Assembly: GCA_963716395.1 (NCBI GenBank) | Contig: OY970309.1 | Location: 1,876,402-1,940,401, forward strand | Source of the DNA: an uncultured Fibrobacteria bacterium | GTDB taxonomy: Bacteria; Fibrobacterota; Fibrobacteria; UBA11236 | Length of the DNA stretch: 64,000 bases | Direction of reading: 5' to 3' | In this document: piece after piece, positions 20,302 to 30,351 of the stretch | Layout of the letters: each line of letters begins with the position of its first letter | Position numbering within the stretch: the stretch's first letter is position 1 | The notes under the pieces: model-generated | Seen by the model: only the letters and a program-made list of their open reading frames with translations | The model's database searches: none | Told to the model about the DNA's origin: nothing | Made by a program: the position numbers and the translations under genes

Positions 20302-21117
20302 ATGAAACTTACCAACGCCATTTCACCCGTTCTGAAATACAGCGCTGCGGCCGCGCTGTTGACCTTGGGATTCACCGGCTGCATGACTTCGCCGAGTAGT
20401 AGCAGCAATACGGCCGGCTACACCAGCAGCGGTGAAAGCGCCTTTATCAAACAAGAATCCGAAAACATGGGCCAGGTGTGGAACAGCGGCGCATCGGCCT
20501 CGACTTCGACCGGCTTGGCCAAAGAGGCTTCCGACACCGTCATGGACACCATCACCGGCGACCTGGTGATCACACCGCTGCACTATGACTCCGCCTGCCA
20601 ATGCTTTGTGCGCGTGGCGAATTACACCAGCTCGGTGGGCTTCGAACGCCAGCGCCTCGACAGCATCACCTTGGTTGACTCGAACGGCAATCCCATGAGC
20701 CGGTTTCGGCCGTTGCTGGCGAAGACCATCATCCATAACCGGCACGTGACCCGAATCCGTAGCAATCTGGGTACTGAGGTCGACGTCAATTTCAATACCA
20801 CTTTGACCTGGGCCGACAGCGGCAGCAAGCGCGTCGGCGTCTGGAACGGTACCATCACCGGAACCTTCAACGGCGTGACGTTCAAGACGGGCAGCATCGA
20901 CAACGTCGTGCGCACCTGGTACCCCCTGTTGCTGCGCTTCGGATTTCCGTCATCCGGTTCCATCGATATCGATCGCATCTCGGGCAAAGGGGCCGAATTC
21001 ACGCTCGACATCGTCTTCACCGGCGAAGGCTCGGCCGATGTGTCCGTGACCAATAAAGCGACGGACAAAACGCTCACGATTCATATCGGATTGAACAACG
21101 TGGAAACTTCAGGATAG
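20302..21117 (+). CDS. Lipoprotein, function unknown
   Basis: ORF 20239..21117; start placed at Met 22 behind GGAGAGAGG; lipoprotein signal peptide with lipobox (LTLGFTGC). Confidence 0.7.
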   Translation: MKLTNAISPVLKYSAAAALLTLGFTGCMTSPSSSSNTAGYTSSGESAFIKQESENMGQVWNSGASASTSTGLAKEASDTVMDTITGDLVITPLHYDSACQCFVRVANYTSSVGFERQRLDSITLVDSNGNPMSRFRPLLAKTIIHNRHVTRIRSNLGTEVDVNFNTTLTWADSGSKRVGVWNGTITGTFNGVTFKTGSIDNVVRTWYPLLLRFGFPSSGSIDIDRISGKGAEFTLDIVFTGEGSADVSVTNKATDKTLTIHIGLNNVETSG

Positions 21118-21246
21118 GTCGAGGGACGCGGCCTTGGGGCTACGGCCCTGGGGCCGCGGGGCCGCCATGAACGTGTTCGTTCCCCATACCATTTCCCGAC
21201 CCGCTTTTCCGAGAGGCGGGTCTTGTTATTCTGAAATGTAAAGATC

Positions 21247-22146
21247 ATGGAACCACAGCCCCTCCCCGCCGCGCGACCGAACGTCTACCAATACGACGAT
21301 TTCCGGGCCTTTTTGCGCGACGCCTTCGCGTTCAAAAAAGGCGAAGACCCGGAGTATTCCCACCGCAAGTTCGCCCGGGCCGCAGGCATCGCCAATCCCG
21401 GCTATCTGCTCGACGTCATTCTGGGCAAGCGACCCTTGAGCCGCAATCAGGCTGCGAAAATGGCGCCGGTGTTCGGATTAAACGAGGCCGAAGCCGAATT
21501 TTTTTTCCGCTTGGCCGAGTTCGGCCAAAGCAAAAAAGACGCGGAGCGGCAGGAGTTGTACCACGATTTGCTGTTGCGCCGCAACCGCAGCCGCTTTGCG
21601 CGCCTCAGCCCTTCGCTGGTCAAGTATTATCAGGATTACCGCTACGCGCTGGTGCGCTGTGCGGTCGAAGCCCTGGATTTCCGCGGCGATTACGAGGCCC
21701 TGGGAAAATTCCTCGATCCGCAGGTGGCGCCGGCCGTGGCGCGCAAATGCGTGCAAGAACTGGAAGCATGGGGACTGATCGTGAAGGACGAAAGCGGCCG
21801 CTACCGCGTCACGCAGAAATTCGTGGAGCCGCCGCCCACCCTGTCGGCCATGGTGCGCCGCCTGAACCGGGAATGGATTCTGCAGGCGGCCGAAGTGCCG
21901 TTTAAATTTGGTCCGGAGGATCGGCATGTCTCCGCCCTTTTGCTGATGGTGAGTGAAACCACGCGCCGGCAGTTGATGGCTAAGGTCGAGCAGTTCCGCA
22001 AGGAAGTGCTGGACTTGGTGGAAAAGGACGAGCATCCCGAAACCATCTTGCAACTATCGGTGCAACTGTTTCCCAAGTCACGCCGTCCAGCGCGTCCGGG
22101 TCGCGAAAAGAATCGCGAAAAGAATCACGAAGAGGAGAAGCCATGA
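21247..22146 (+). CDS. TIGR02147-like protein (putative HTH regulator, DUF4423-like)
   Basis: 299 aa; N-terminal pattern YQYDDFRAFLRDAF...YSHRKFARAAGIANPGYLLDVILGKRPLS...FGLNEAEAEFFFRLAEFGQSKK matches, from recall, the TIGR02147 family that is expanded in Fibrobacter and Bdellovibrio. Confidence 0.7.
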   Translation: MEPQPLPAARPNVYQYDDFRAFLRDAFAFKKGEDPEYSHRKFARAAGIANPGYLLDVILGKRPLSRNQAAKMAPVFGLNEAEAEFFFRLAEFGQSKKDAERQELYHDLLLRRNRSRFARLSPSLVKYYQDYRYALVRCAVEALDFRGDYEALGKFLDPQVAPAVARKCVQELEAWGLIVKDESGRYRVTQKFVEPPPTLSAMVRRLNREWILQAAEVPFKFGPEDRHVSALLLMVSETTRRQLMAKVEQFRKEVLDLVEKDEHPETILQLSVQLFPKSRRPARPGREKNREKNHEEEKP

Positions 22147-23483
22147 GATTTGCGACCGGGATCGCCATCCTGGCGGCCACTCTGCTCGGGGCCTGCGTCT
22201 TCGAGCAGCAAACGGCGGGCGGCGAAGATTTTCCCAATACGCTGGAACCCCTGGGCAAGGCGGCCGCCGAACCCATCGCCAACCACACCCAATGGGATCA
22301 ATTCCAGAACATTCCGGCCGTGCCGAACGTTCAGTCCAGCGACACCCTGGCTCAGCCCGCGCCCACGGCCAAACCCGCTTTGGCCAAGATCGCGGCGTCA
22401 GACAGCGCCACCTGGGATTTGCGCGACACGGCCTTGGCGCAGGGCGGCGTGGCGCGGGAATACGTGGTGAAATCCGGCCTGTTGAAAATCGAACGCGATA
22501 CCTTGGTCTATCGATGGAACGCGGCCTTCGGGGATTCGGTTCCCGGCAGCGCCGTATTGCTCGAAGTGCGCGGCCGAACCCTGACCTATCTCACTTTGCG
22601 CCTGTTGGTTTACCGCTATTTGAATCTGGATTCGAGCGGCGCCTTGGATCAGGCGGATTTCACGGAATACACCGTGGGTTTCGCCGACAGCGCGGTGCAT
22701 ATTCTGCACATCAAGATGCTGGCCGGTCCCGACGGCGATTTGGCGACCTTGGGCGACAATTTGTGGAAGCAGTACGAGTTTCTGCGGGTGCGCGGCGGAA
22801 CCGACACGTTGGAATGGACGCGGGTGGTCGACGCCGACGGCGACGGCCTGTTGTGGTCCGGCGGTGATTCGGGGATGGTGGACTTGCGGCAAGACGTGGA
22901 GTCGCCCGCGTTACGGCCGCAAGACCTGCATCTGTCGCTCAACTTGCGCGCCAAGGTGTACCACAAAGGCGACAGCGCGATCCCGCTGGCGTATACCGAG
23001 ACCAACGCGTTGCGCAACGGGGTGACGACGGTTTTTACGGCCAAGGGCGTGCATGTCGACTCGCTGCTCATTCCCGGCGACACGGCCGTGGTCACCTTCG
23101 ACCAGATTTATCCTCCAGATGCGGACCGGGTAGAGTCCTATGCGCGTTACCGCATTCTGCTGGCGTCCCAGCCGTGGCATTTCGCCGACAACGCCCTCAT
23201 CCGCTTCCACGCCGAAAATACCTGGCGCGCGGGCGTCATCCGCAGTGCGATCATGGATTTTACGCCTGACAGCATGGTGGTTTCGGGCCAGCTGCAGATC
23301 GCGGGCAGCTTCACTTTGAGCGTGGTGTACGATGACGGCGGCACGGGTGCGGTGACCGGAACCTACCGCAATCACATCATCGCGGCCACCTTGCACCAGA
23401 ATAAAGCGGGTCTGCTGCAAACTTTTTCGCTGAGCTTCGACGCCAACGGCAAATTGCTGACCCAATCCTTGCTGCCGCCATGA
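22143..23483 (+). CDS. Lipoprotein, function unknown
   Basis: 446 aa; signal peptide with lipobox (LLGAC); start overlaps the upstream stop as ATGA. Confidence 0.7.
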   Translation: MRFATGIAILAATLLGACVFEQQTAGGEDFPNTLEPLGKAAAEPIANHTQWDQFQNIPAVPNVQSSDTLAQPAPTAKPALAKIAASDSATWDLRDTALAQGGVAREYVVKSGLLKIERDTLVYRWNAAFGDSVPGSAVLLEVRGRTLTYLTLRLLVYRYLNLDSSGALDQADFTEYTVGFADSAVHILHIKMLAGPDGDLATLGDNLWKQYEFLRVRGGTDTLEWTRVVDADGDGLLWSGGDSGMVDLRQDVESPALRPQDLHLSLNLRAKVYHKGDSAIPLAYTETNALRNGVTTVFTAKGVHVDSLLIPGDTAVVTFDQIYPPDADRVESYARYRILLASQPWHFADNALIRFHAENTWRAGVIRSAIMDFTPDSMVVSGQLQIAGSFTLSVVYDDGGTGAVTGTYRNHIIAATLHQNKAGLLQTFSLSFDANGKLLTQSLLPP

Positions 23484-23703
23484 TCCAAATCCCGCTCCCT
23501 CCGCAGACGGTCTGAGTACCGCCTCGGCCTTCGGCCGGTTCGACATCCCTCGACGGGCTCGGGAACCAAGCTCACCGACCGAAAAGGGTTCGGCAGGCTT
23601 TGGAAACCGGCTCAGGGCGCGGCGAATGAGCCTGCCGTGTGGCCGACTCCGCGGCGGGTGAGCCTGTCGAACCCGCCGGGATCGGTGCGTGATCTTTTTT
23701 TAT

Positions 23704-24795
23704 TTAACCGGGTTGGTTCCGCGGTTGAATTTCGGCGCGCAGGGCCGCGAAGGCTTTCCACACCGTCTCCGCCCGCAAGGTTTTGAGGCATTCCTTGTAA
23801 TTCGGATTGACGCAGCGGTGACCGCAGGGCCGGCAGGGCATGGGTTCAACCTGCACGCACCGCGTCAGCGGCCCGCGCGGTTCCACGTGCCGGGCGTCGG
23901 ACGAGCCGTTGATCCAGAGCACGGGTTTGCCGTAATACCCGGCCATGTGGCCCAAAAAATTGTCGGTGGCCACCACGCCGGCCGCGTTCTGCACCTGGCC
24001 CGCCAGCCGCAACAGCGGTCCGCGCCAAAAACCCACGCGCTGCGCCCAGCGGCTGCGGAAGCGCGCAAACCCGGCGCCGGCGTCAGGGGGATCGAGAATC
24101 AGCAAGGGCAAGCGCGACTCCGTCATTTTTTCCAGCAAGTCGTCCCAATGCTCGAAGGGCCAGTTCTTGGAGTCTTTGCGCGTCCAGCAGGAAAGAATCC
24201 ACGGCGCGGTGACGGTGTCGAGGAGGGGAAAGGAACGGGTCTCGCGGCGCAAACCGGCCGATGACGTCAGCGCGCATTTCTTTTCCCAATTGCGGCGATG
24301 CTCCCAAAACGCCGCGGCCACGGCGGCGTTCTTGTCGGCTTGATGCACGGCCTCGGCCGGCAGGGGAAAGCGATACTGGAAAAACCAGGCGTGCGGCCGT
24401 GCATAGGAGGTCACGCGGCAGGCGCCGGCCACGCGCAGCCAAAAGGCGCTGCGCGGATCGGCATCGAAGTCGAGCGCCCAATATCCCAACGCGCCCCGCA
24501 GCTTGCAGGCCGCCGCCCCGGTGCGCAGAAAAGAGCGCAGTCCCGGCCGCCGGAAAAAGGCGTTGTCGAAGGCCAAGCCCTCCAGCCCCTCGGCCTGGAG
24601 CAGTTCGAGGCAATCGGGACGGCAAACGATTTGCACGCGCACGTGGCTGGCCAAGGTTTTGATCGCCGGCAGCGCCAGATATAAATCGCCGATCATATAA
24701 CTCTGGAAAATCGTGAGCGGCGCAGCGTTGTCGCGCGGTTTTTTCCGTAGCAGCCACAGCCAGGGCGTCAGGGCCACGGCTCCCGCCGCCGCCAT
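23704..24795 (-). CDS. Glycosyltransferase family 9 (LPS heptosyltransferase-like)
   Basis: ORF 23704..24885 begins at TTG; start placed at Met 31; GT9 C-terminal motif (VVATDNFLGHMAGYYGKPVLWINGSSD). Confidence 0.8.
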   Translation of the reverse strand: MAAAGAVALTPWLWLLRKKPRDNAAPLTIFQSYMIGDLYLALPAIKTLASHVRVQIVCRPDCLELLQAEGLEGLAFDNAFFRRPGLRSFLRTGAAACKLRGALGYWALDFDADPRSAFWLRVAGACRVTSYARPHAWFFQYRFPLPAEAVHQADKNAAVAAAFWEHRRNWEKKCALTSSAGLRRETRSFPLLDTVTAPWILSCWTRKDSKNWPFEHWDDLLEKMTESRLPLLILDPPDAGAGFARFRSRWAQRVGFWRGPLLRLAGQVQNAAGVVATDNFLGHMAGYYGKPVLWINGSSDARHVEPRGPLTRCVQVEPMPCRPCGHRCVNPNYKECLKTLRAETVWKAFAALRAEIQPRNQPG

Positions 24796-24993
24796 CCACC
24801 CTGGCCCGCGGCGGCGGGGGAGGTTCGGGTTGTCGGAGGACCAGGGCATCGGCGTAACTTGGATGTTTCGGGTAAAAATAGCCAATCGACCGGGGTCCGA
24901 CGCGGCTTTTACCGGTCCCGCGCGGTTTTTTGCGGGGGGCTGCGTTTTGGCGAACCGGTCTGTCTATTTTGCTGGCCGCAAACCCCGGTCCGC

Positions 24994-26139
24994 ATGCCAG
25001 CCCCAACTTCTTCTGCCCCGCCTTGCGCGCCGCCGCCGGTTGCCCCGACGGTGTTGCTCGTCATTCTCACCGATCTTTCCACGGACCACCGCTGCTTCAA
25101 GTGGGCCAAGAGCCTGCGGCAATGGGGGGAACATCCCGTGATTTATTGCGATCAACCGCGGCATGCGTTGGGCGAAGCCTGGAGCGGCTTCGACGTGCGC
25201 ATTCTGACGCGCCGTTCGCATTTGCAGGAATTCCTTCCGGTATTTGCGGCTTTTTGGCGGCGCCTCGCGCCCGCGCTCTGGCGCACACCGGCCCGGATTT
25301 GGATTGCCCTGGACGCGCCGCCGCTGCTGGGGCTGGCCTTTATCGGCAAGCTGCGGCGGCGCACCGTGATCTACGATGCGCACGAACTGTTCCTGGAAAC
25401 TCCGATGGTCTTGTCACGGCCGGGCCGCCGGATTTTCTGGTGGCTGTGGGAGCAGGGCGGTTTTGCGCTCATTGCCCGCGCCGTCACGGTCAGCCCCCCG
25501 ATTTTGGCGCGCCTGCAGCAACACCATCGGGCGGTGGGGTTTTACCTCTTGCCCAATATGCCCTTTCGCGTTTCCCGACCATCCGAGCCGAATCGCGATG
25601 TACCTCACGGTGAAATACGCTTGATCTTTCAGGGCGGATTGCGCACGGCTTCGGGGTTGCCCGAACTGTTCGCCGCGCTGGCGGAACGACCCGCCTGCCG
25701 CCTGGATATTTACGGCGACGGAGTCGAAGGCGATAACGTGCGCGCCGCCGCCCGGCACGAGCACCTCGGAGAGCGCGTGGCTTTTCACGGAGCCGTTCCC
25801 TTTGAGAGCCTGCCCGCAACTTTGGAGCGGGCCCATCTCGGCGTGCACCTCATGCAACCGGTATGCGGTAGCTTCGCCCTGACCTGGGCCAACAAAATTT
25901 TCGATTACGTGCATGGGCTTTGTCCGGTGCTACTCAGCGACAATCCTGCGCATCAGTCTCTGTTGCATGAGTTCCGCGTCGGCGTCACGGTCGACGCCTT
26001 TTCCACCTCGGCCATCGGTGGCGGGATCGACGCCTTGCTGGCCGGCTACCCCGCTTTTGTCGCGGCTTGCCGCCGGGCCCGCGAGCAATGGCATTGGGAA
26101 GCCTTCGCGGCCAACCTGGGCCCCTTTCTGGGACTATGA
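24994..26139 (+). CDS. Glycosyltransferase (GT-B fold, GT4-like)
   Basis: ORF 24859..26139; start placed at Met 46; C-terminal GT1/GT4-type motifs (FDYVHGLCPVLLSD). Confidence 0.8.
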   Translation: MPAPTSSAPPCAPPPVAPTVLLVILTDLSTDHRCFKWAKSLRQWGEHPVIYCDQPRHALGEAWSGFDVRILTRRSHLQEFLPVFAAFWRRLAPALWRTPARIWIALDAPPLLGLAFIGKLRRRTVIYDAHELFLETPMVLSRPGRRIFWWLWEQGGFALIARAVTVSPPILARLQQHHRAVGFYLLPNMPFRVSRPSEPNRDVPHGEIRLIFQGGLRTASGLPELFAALAERPACRLDIYGDGVEGDNVRAAARHEHLGERVAFHGAVPFESLPATLERAHLGVHLMQPVCGSFALTWANKIFDYVHGLCPVLLSDNPAHQSLLHEFRVGVTVDAFSTSAIGGGIDALLAGYPAFVAACRRAREQWHWEAFAANLGPFLGL

Positions 26140-27605
26140 GCGAAACTCCGGGGTCGTTGGGACGCGCCGCCGGATCGGCCTTGCGCTGGAACTCCGTCGG
26201 CGTCGGGGTATCCATGGTGTCGCAATTCGTGCAGTTGCTGGTGCTGGCGCGCCTTCTGGCTCCGCGTGAATTCGGATTGGCGGCATCGGCTCTGGCCGTT
26301 GCCGGGTTTGCGCAGGGCTTCACCGATTTGGGGCTTGGCAATGCCCTGGTCCAGCACGGCGAAGTCGACAACCCGCTTTGGTCCAACGCGTGGCGCGCTT
26401 GCGCCGGCACCGGATTGATTCTGGCTGCGGCGCTTTTCGCCTCGGCACCGGCCTGGGCCGCGCTGCTGCGCTTACCGGGACTGGCCCCGGTATTGGGCCT
26501 GGCAGCGCTGGCTTTGCCCTTCGCCGGGCCGGCCAGCGTGTACCAGGCCAAAGCGCAACGGGAGCTTCGCTTCGCGCGCTTGGCGACCGCCGAAATCGTC
26601 GCCGCCCTCTTCTCCCTGGCGGCGGCTCTGGCCTGGGTGGCCTGGCGCCGCGATGCCCTGGCCGTGGTGGCGGGGCAAATCACTTTGACCTCCGTGCGCT
26701 GCCTGGCCTTGGCGCCGGCCTCGCGCATCGCGCCCCTGCGCGGACCCTGGCGTTGGTCCGATCTGCGCCCCGTCGCCCGTTTCGGCGGCTTTCAATTGGG
26801 CGAACGCGCACTGAACGCCGCGGCCGGCAATCTCGATCGCCTACTGGTGGCCCGCTGGCTTGGCGCCGCGGCCGCGGGTTATTACACCTTGGGATCGCAA
26901 ATCGCCTTGCGGCCCATGGTGCTGTTGGCACCGTTCGCCTTCCGCACCTTGTTCCCGCTGTGGTCGCGGTTGCAGGACGACCGCCGCCGCATCGCGGTTT
27001 CTTTCATCCACTCCGTATCCCTTCTGTGCCTGTTGGCCGCGGGGGTATACGCCCTGCTCGGCGGTCTGGCCCCCGCGTTGGTGCGGGTTGTGCTTGGTCC
27101 GGGATGGGAACCCGTATCACCCGTGTTACGCATTCTGGCGGGCCTCGGCTGGATTTGGACCGCCTCGCAACCCTTGGCCAGCGCCACCCTGGCCCTTGGC
27201 CGCGCGCGCGCCAGCTTTTGGCTCAACGTGCTGGTGCTGGCCACCAATGCCGCCGGGGTGCTGGTGGGGTTGCATTTCGGCCTCACGGGTGCGGCCTGGG
27301 GCATTTTGGCCGCGGCCGCGGCACTGCTCCCGCTCGACGTGATGCTTGTCCGCCGCTGGTTGCAGATTCCGGCGCGGCAATTTTTGGCGGCCGCCGCCCG
27401 GCCCTTGCCCGCGGCCCTGGCGGCGGGGATTGCCATCGCCAACCTGATCGCGTTGCCGTGGTGGTCAGCCTGGCCGAGATTCGCGGCGCTGGCGGTGCAG
27501 GGGATTTTAGCCGTCGCTGTCTATGCGGCGGCGTCCCGGGTATTTCATCGCCGCGGCTGGCCTGAGGCTTGGGTTGAAATGAAGACAAAAATTTTTCGTG
27601 TTTAA
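26136..27605 (+). CDS. Polysaccharide/oligosaccharide flippase (Wzx, MOP superfamily)
   Basis: ORF 26067..27605; start placed at Met 24, overlapping the GT stop as ATGA; polytopic membrane protein with Wzx-like topology. Confidence 0.8.
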   Translation: MSETPGSLGRAAGSALRWNSVGVGVSMVSQFVQLLVLARLLAPREFGLAASALAVAGFAQGFTDLGLGNALVQHGEVDNPLWSNAWRACAGTGLILAAALFASAPAWAALLRLPGLAPVLGLAALALPFAGPASVYQAKAQRELRFARLATAEIVAALFSLAAALAWVAWRRDALAVVAGQITLTSVRCLALAPASRIAPLRGPWRWSDLRPVARFGGFQLGERALNAAAGNLDRLLVARWLGAAAAGYYTLGSQIALRPMVLLAPFAFRTLFPLWSRLQDDRRRIAVSFIHSVSLLCLLAAGVYALLGGLAPALVRVVLGPGWEPVSPVLRILAGLGWIWTASQPLASATLALGRARASFWLNVLVLATNAAGVLVGLHFGLTGAAWGILAAAAALLPLDVMLVRRWLQIPARQFLAAAARPLPAALAAGIAIANLIALPWWSAWPRFAALAVQGILAVAVYAAASRVFHRRGWPEAWVEMKTKIFRV

Positions 27606-27651
27606 AATCACATCGGCACCGCCGCACCGGCCGCCGGAGAGTTCCTGCGAA

Positions 27652-30351
27652 TTAATGCGCGTTCAACACCAAGCGGCGCCATACATGGCCGTCTGGTTGG
27701 CGTAATTGCAAGACCACCAAACCCTCGGACAGGCCGTGTAGGTCCACCGAGCTGCCGTCGGAGGCAGGCTGCAAGATCAAGCTGCTAACGCCGTGGCCGT
27801 TGATGGGGGTGACCGTCAATTGCGCCGCTTGCGACAGTCCAAAAAGACGGAAACGGCCGTTGCCCAGGTTTTGCAGGACAAGGTCCTTCGCCGCAGACGA
27901 CGGCCGGACGCCCGCATTCCCCGGTAAAATTTGAAAGACGTGATCGCTGAGGTCACGGGTACGCCCGAAATACTCATACACGGTGACCAGGCAGCGGTTT
28001 GAAACCAAGGATTTTCCATCCAAAGAATCGGGCAACTGGAAGGCGAAGCGGCCCCAATCGGCATCGCCGACGCGCACCGAACTGGTGCGGGTGAGGGGAA
28101 TCCAACTCGCGCCGCTATCCACGGAAAGCTCGATGCCAACCGAAAGCACCCACGACGTGTCGGCGGTCCAACGCACAATCAGGGAATCGCCGACTCGATA
28201 TTGCTCGCCCCCGTTGGGCGCATTCACCTGCACGGGTGTGGGCGCATCGCTGTAGGCTTCGATCGCGGCCAAGCCATAACCGCCGCCGTCGGCCGCGCTG
28301 AGCGAGATGCCGAGTCCGTTGCTGTCGGATACCGTGACATCCGTCTCAAAAATCATTGCCCCGATGGCACCCGCGGGCTTGGCCGGCGCCGCGAAGGGCG
28401 CTCCGATGGTTTGACCTTCGAGTCCCACGCTCAAACTTGAGGTTGCCTTCGCCGACGCATCGTTCAAGCTGGTGAAATGCAGACGCACGTGATAGCGGTT
28501 GTTGGGTACCGGCAGGGTCAAACCGGAAGGGCTGTTGCGATAGAGGCGGTAGGCGACCGCGGGAGCCGGGTCGATGACCGAATCCAGTTGCACGATGGTG
28601 TCGCTTTGCCGCACCAGCGGCATCGTACCCAGGAGGGAGGTATCCGGCAGCCAGCCCGCACCCAGGGCGGGTTCAGCGGCATAGCGCCATACGCCTTTGG
28701 CCACCACCACCGAAGTGGTGCACACCACGGCCCCTTCAGACCCGTAAGCGGAAAAGGTGTGGAAGACCTGGCTCGAATCCGCGGTGGCTTGTCCGCCGGA
28801 GGTGAGATGCAAACCGGAAGAACCGGTCCAGGTCAAGGGCGATGCCAAAGTCCAGGGCCGTCCGATTTGATCCTTTCCATCCGCCGCGAGCTGCACCGTG
28901 TCGCCCGGCCGGAGCACGGCCGTATGCGGACGCGGCACCAGGGTGGTGAGCGCCGGATTGGCATACAGGAAGGTTACGGTGTAAGCCGCTGAATCGACGC
29001 CCTGGCCATAGCTCAAAACCACACGGGCCCTATAACTTCCCAGGGGCAGATTTTTGCGGGTCACGGTGTTGACCACCTGCGGGGCATTGGTGCCATTGGC
29101 GAGAATCGTGACCCGCAGCCAGGTGGTGTCGGAATCGGGATAGGCGGCCGTCAACGGCGGCAAAACGCCATCGCCGGCGTTGGATACATGCGTCGTGTCG
29201 GGTCCAGGGTCGGCGCTGTCTTGCGGCAGCGCGGTGAACAGGAAGGCATCGCGATCCAGGCGAAGAGTGGCCGGGGTTACGCCGTTTTTGACCCACAGAT
29301 GCGGGGTCAGATTCACCCCGTCGCCTTCCAACACCCGCAGCAGGCGGCTGGGACCGGAGGTATCGATGCGCACGATGTAGAGATCGCCCGAATCGGCGAT
29401 ATCGACGTCTTTGGATCCGGTGGCCGTGAAATAGTCTTCGTCGGTGGACCATTCGGGGTTACCCCAGAATAGATTGCCGCTGCTGTCGTTGTTGCAGTTG
29501 TCACCGGGAATGCCCATGTACCAGAAGGGATGATCGATGTCGGGATCATTCCAACCCCGGATGAAAATAGCCTTGTGGTTGTCGTAAACCTTGCCCTCCA
29601 CCGTGCCTTGCCCCGAGGTCAAATACATCATGCGGTCCTGGCGCGTGGGATCGGTCGACATGCTGATCGAGGCGTTGCAACCCGACAGCCATCCCGAGGT
29701 CAGCCAGTTTTTCGAGGCCAGGTAGGCCGTATCGATTCGGGTGGAATCGAGTTCGTACATGCCGGTGCTGTGGTGTGACGAAGCGCCCCACCGCCCGTCG
29801 CGCGAGCGACCCGTCGACATCAGATAGGGCACCAGCATCGTGGCCGGCCCCAATGTGTCATGGCCGTTGACGATGCGCCGGATATAGGTGCCCCCGCTGG
29901 CGGGCGGCCAGGTGGGGTCATTGATGTCGCCCAAGGTGTAGGTCACGTATTCGTTCCCAGTGCCGGGTTGCACCCACCAATGGGGCTCCAACGATTCGCC
30001 GCTGGGACGATCCACGCTGCCGCAGTAAACCGCGTATTCGGTTTGCGAGTTCTCGACCAGGTCGCGCACGAACACGCTATCGAAGCGTTCGTAGAGCACG
30101 CGCGTTCCGTCCCAACTGATCATGGGGTTGGCGGCCTCGGTCGTGGCCACCCGGTGTTCCACCAGTACGCTGTCGTCAAAGTCGAGGTAATAAATCTGGT
30201 AGGTGTAGTCCCGGATGAACGCGACTTTGCCGGTGCGGCCGCCCAAAAAGGCGCGCACCTCCGGGCCGGTGACCAGGGCCTTGGCCTCCGCGGGCCGCCA
30301 GACCGACAGCATCGCCGCACCCACGGCGGCGGCCCACCCGAAAAATTTCAC
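27652..30351 (-). CDS. Large secreted multidomain protein (beta-propeller-like N-region, Ig-like repeats, possible C-terminal sorting domain)
   Basis: ORF 27652..30423; start placed at GTG (MKFFGWAAAVGAAMLSVWRPAEA signal peptide) overlapping the SGNH stop as GTGA; beta-rich repeats; C-terminal ~80 aa resemble a Por/T9SS-type sorting domain. Confidence 0.6.
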   Translation of the reverse strand: MKFFGWAAAVGAAMLSVWRPAEAKALVTGPEVRAFLGGRTGKVAFIRDYTYQIYYLDFDDSVLVEHRVATTEAANPMISWDGTRVLYERFDSVFVRDLVENSQTEYAVYCGSVDRPSGESLEPHWWVQPGTGNEYVTYTLGDINDPTWPPASGGTYIRRIVNGHDTLGPATMLVPYLMSTGRSRDGRWGASSHHSTGMYELDSTRIDTAYLASKNWLTSGWLSGCNASISMSTDPTRQDRMMYLTSGQGTVEGKVYDNHKAIFIRGWNDPDIDHPFWYMGIPGDNCNNDSSGNLFWGNPEWSTDEDYFTATGSKDVDIADSGDLYIVRIDTSGPSRLLRVLEGDGVNLTPHLWVKNGVTPATLRLDRDAFLFTALPQDSADPGPDTTHVSNAGDGVLPPLTAAYPDSDTTWLRVTILANGTNAPQVVNTVTRKNLPLGSYRARVVLSYGQGVDSAAYTVTFLYANPALTTLVPRPHTAVLRPGDTVQLAADGKDQIGRPWTLASPLTWTGSSGLHLTSGGQATADSSQVFHTFSAYGSEGAVVCTTSVVVAKGVWRYAAEPALGAGWLPDTSLLGTMPLVRQSDTIVQLDSVIDPAPAVAYRLYRNSPSGLTLPVPNNRYHVRLHFTSLNDASAKATSSLSVGLEGQTIGAPFAAPAKPAGAIGAMIFETDVTVSDSNGLGISLSAADGGGYGLAAIEAYSDAPTPVQVNAPNGGEQYRVGDSLIVRWTADTSWVLSVGIELSVDSGASWIPLTRTSSVRVGDADWGRFAFQLPDSLDGKSLVSNRCLVTVYEYFGRTRDLSDHVFQILPGNAGVRPSSAAKDLVLQNLGNGRFRLFGLSQAAQLTVTPINGHGVSSLILQPASDGSSVDLHGLSEGLVVLQLRQPDGHVWRRLVLNAH

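Noticed and set aside
23640-23702. Intrinsic terminator after the lipoprotein operon (hairpin plus T9 run)
   Set aside because: The best stem (CGGCGGG/CCCGCCG) ends about 20 nt before the T-run and has a 13-nt loop; not convincing enough to annotate, though the T9 tract is unusual for this GC content.
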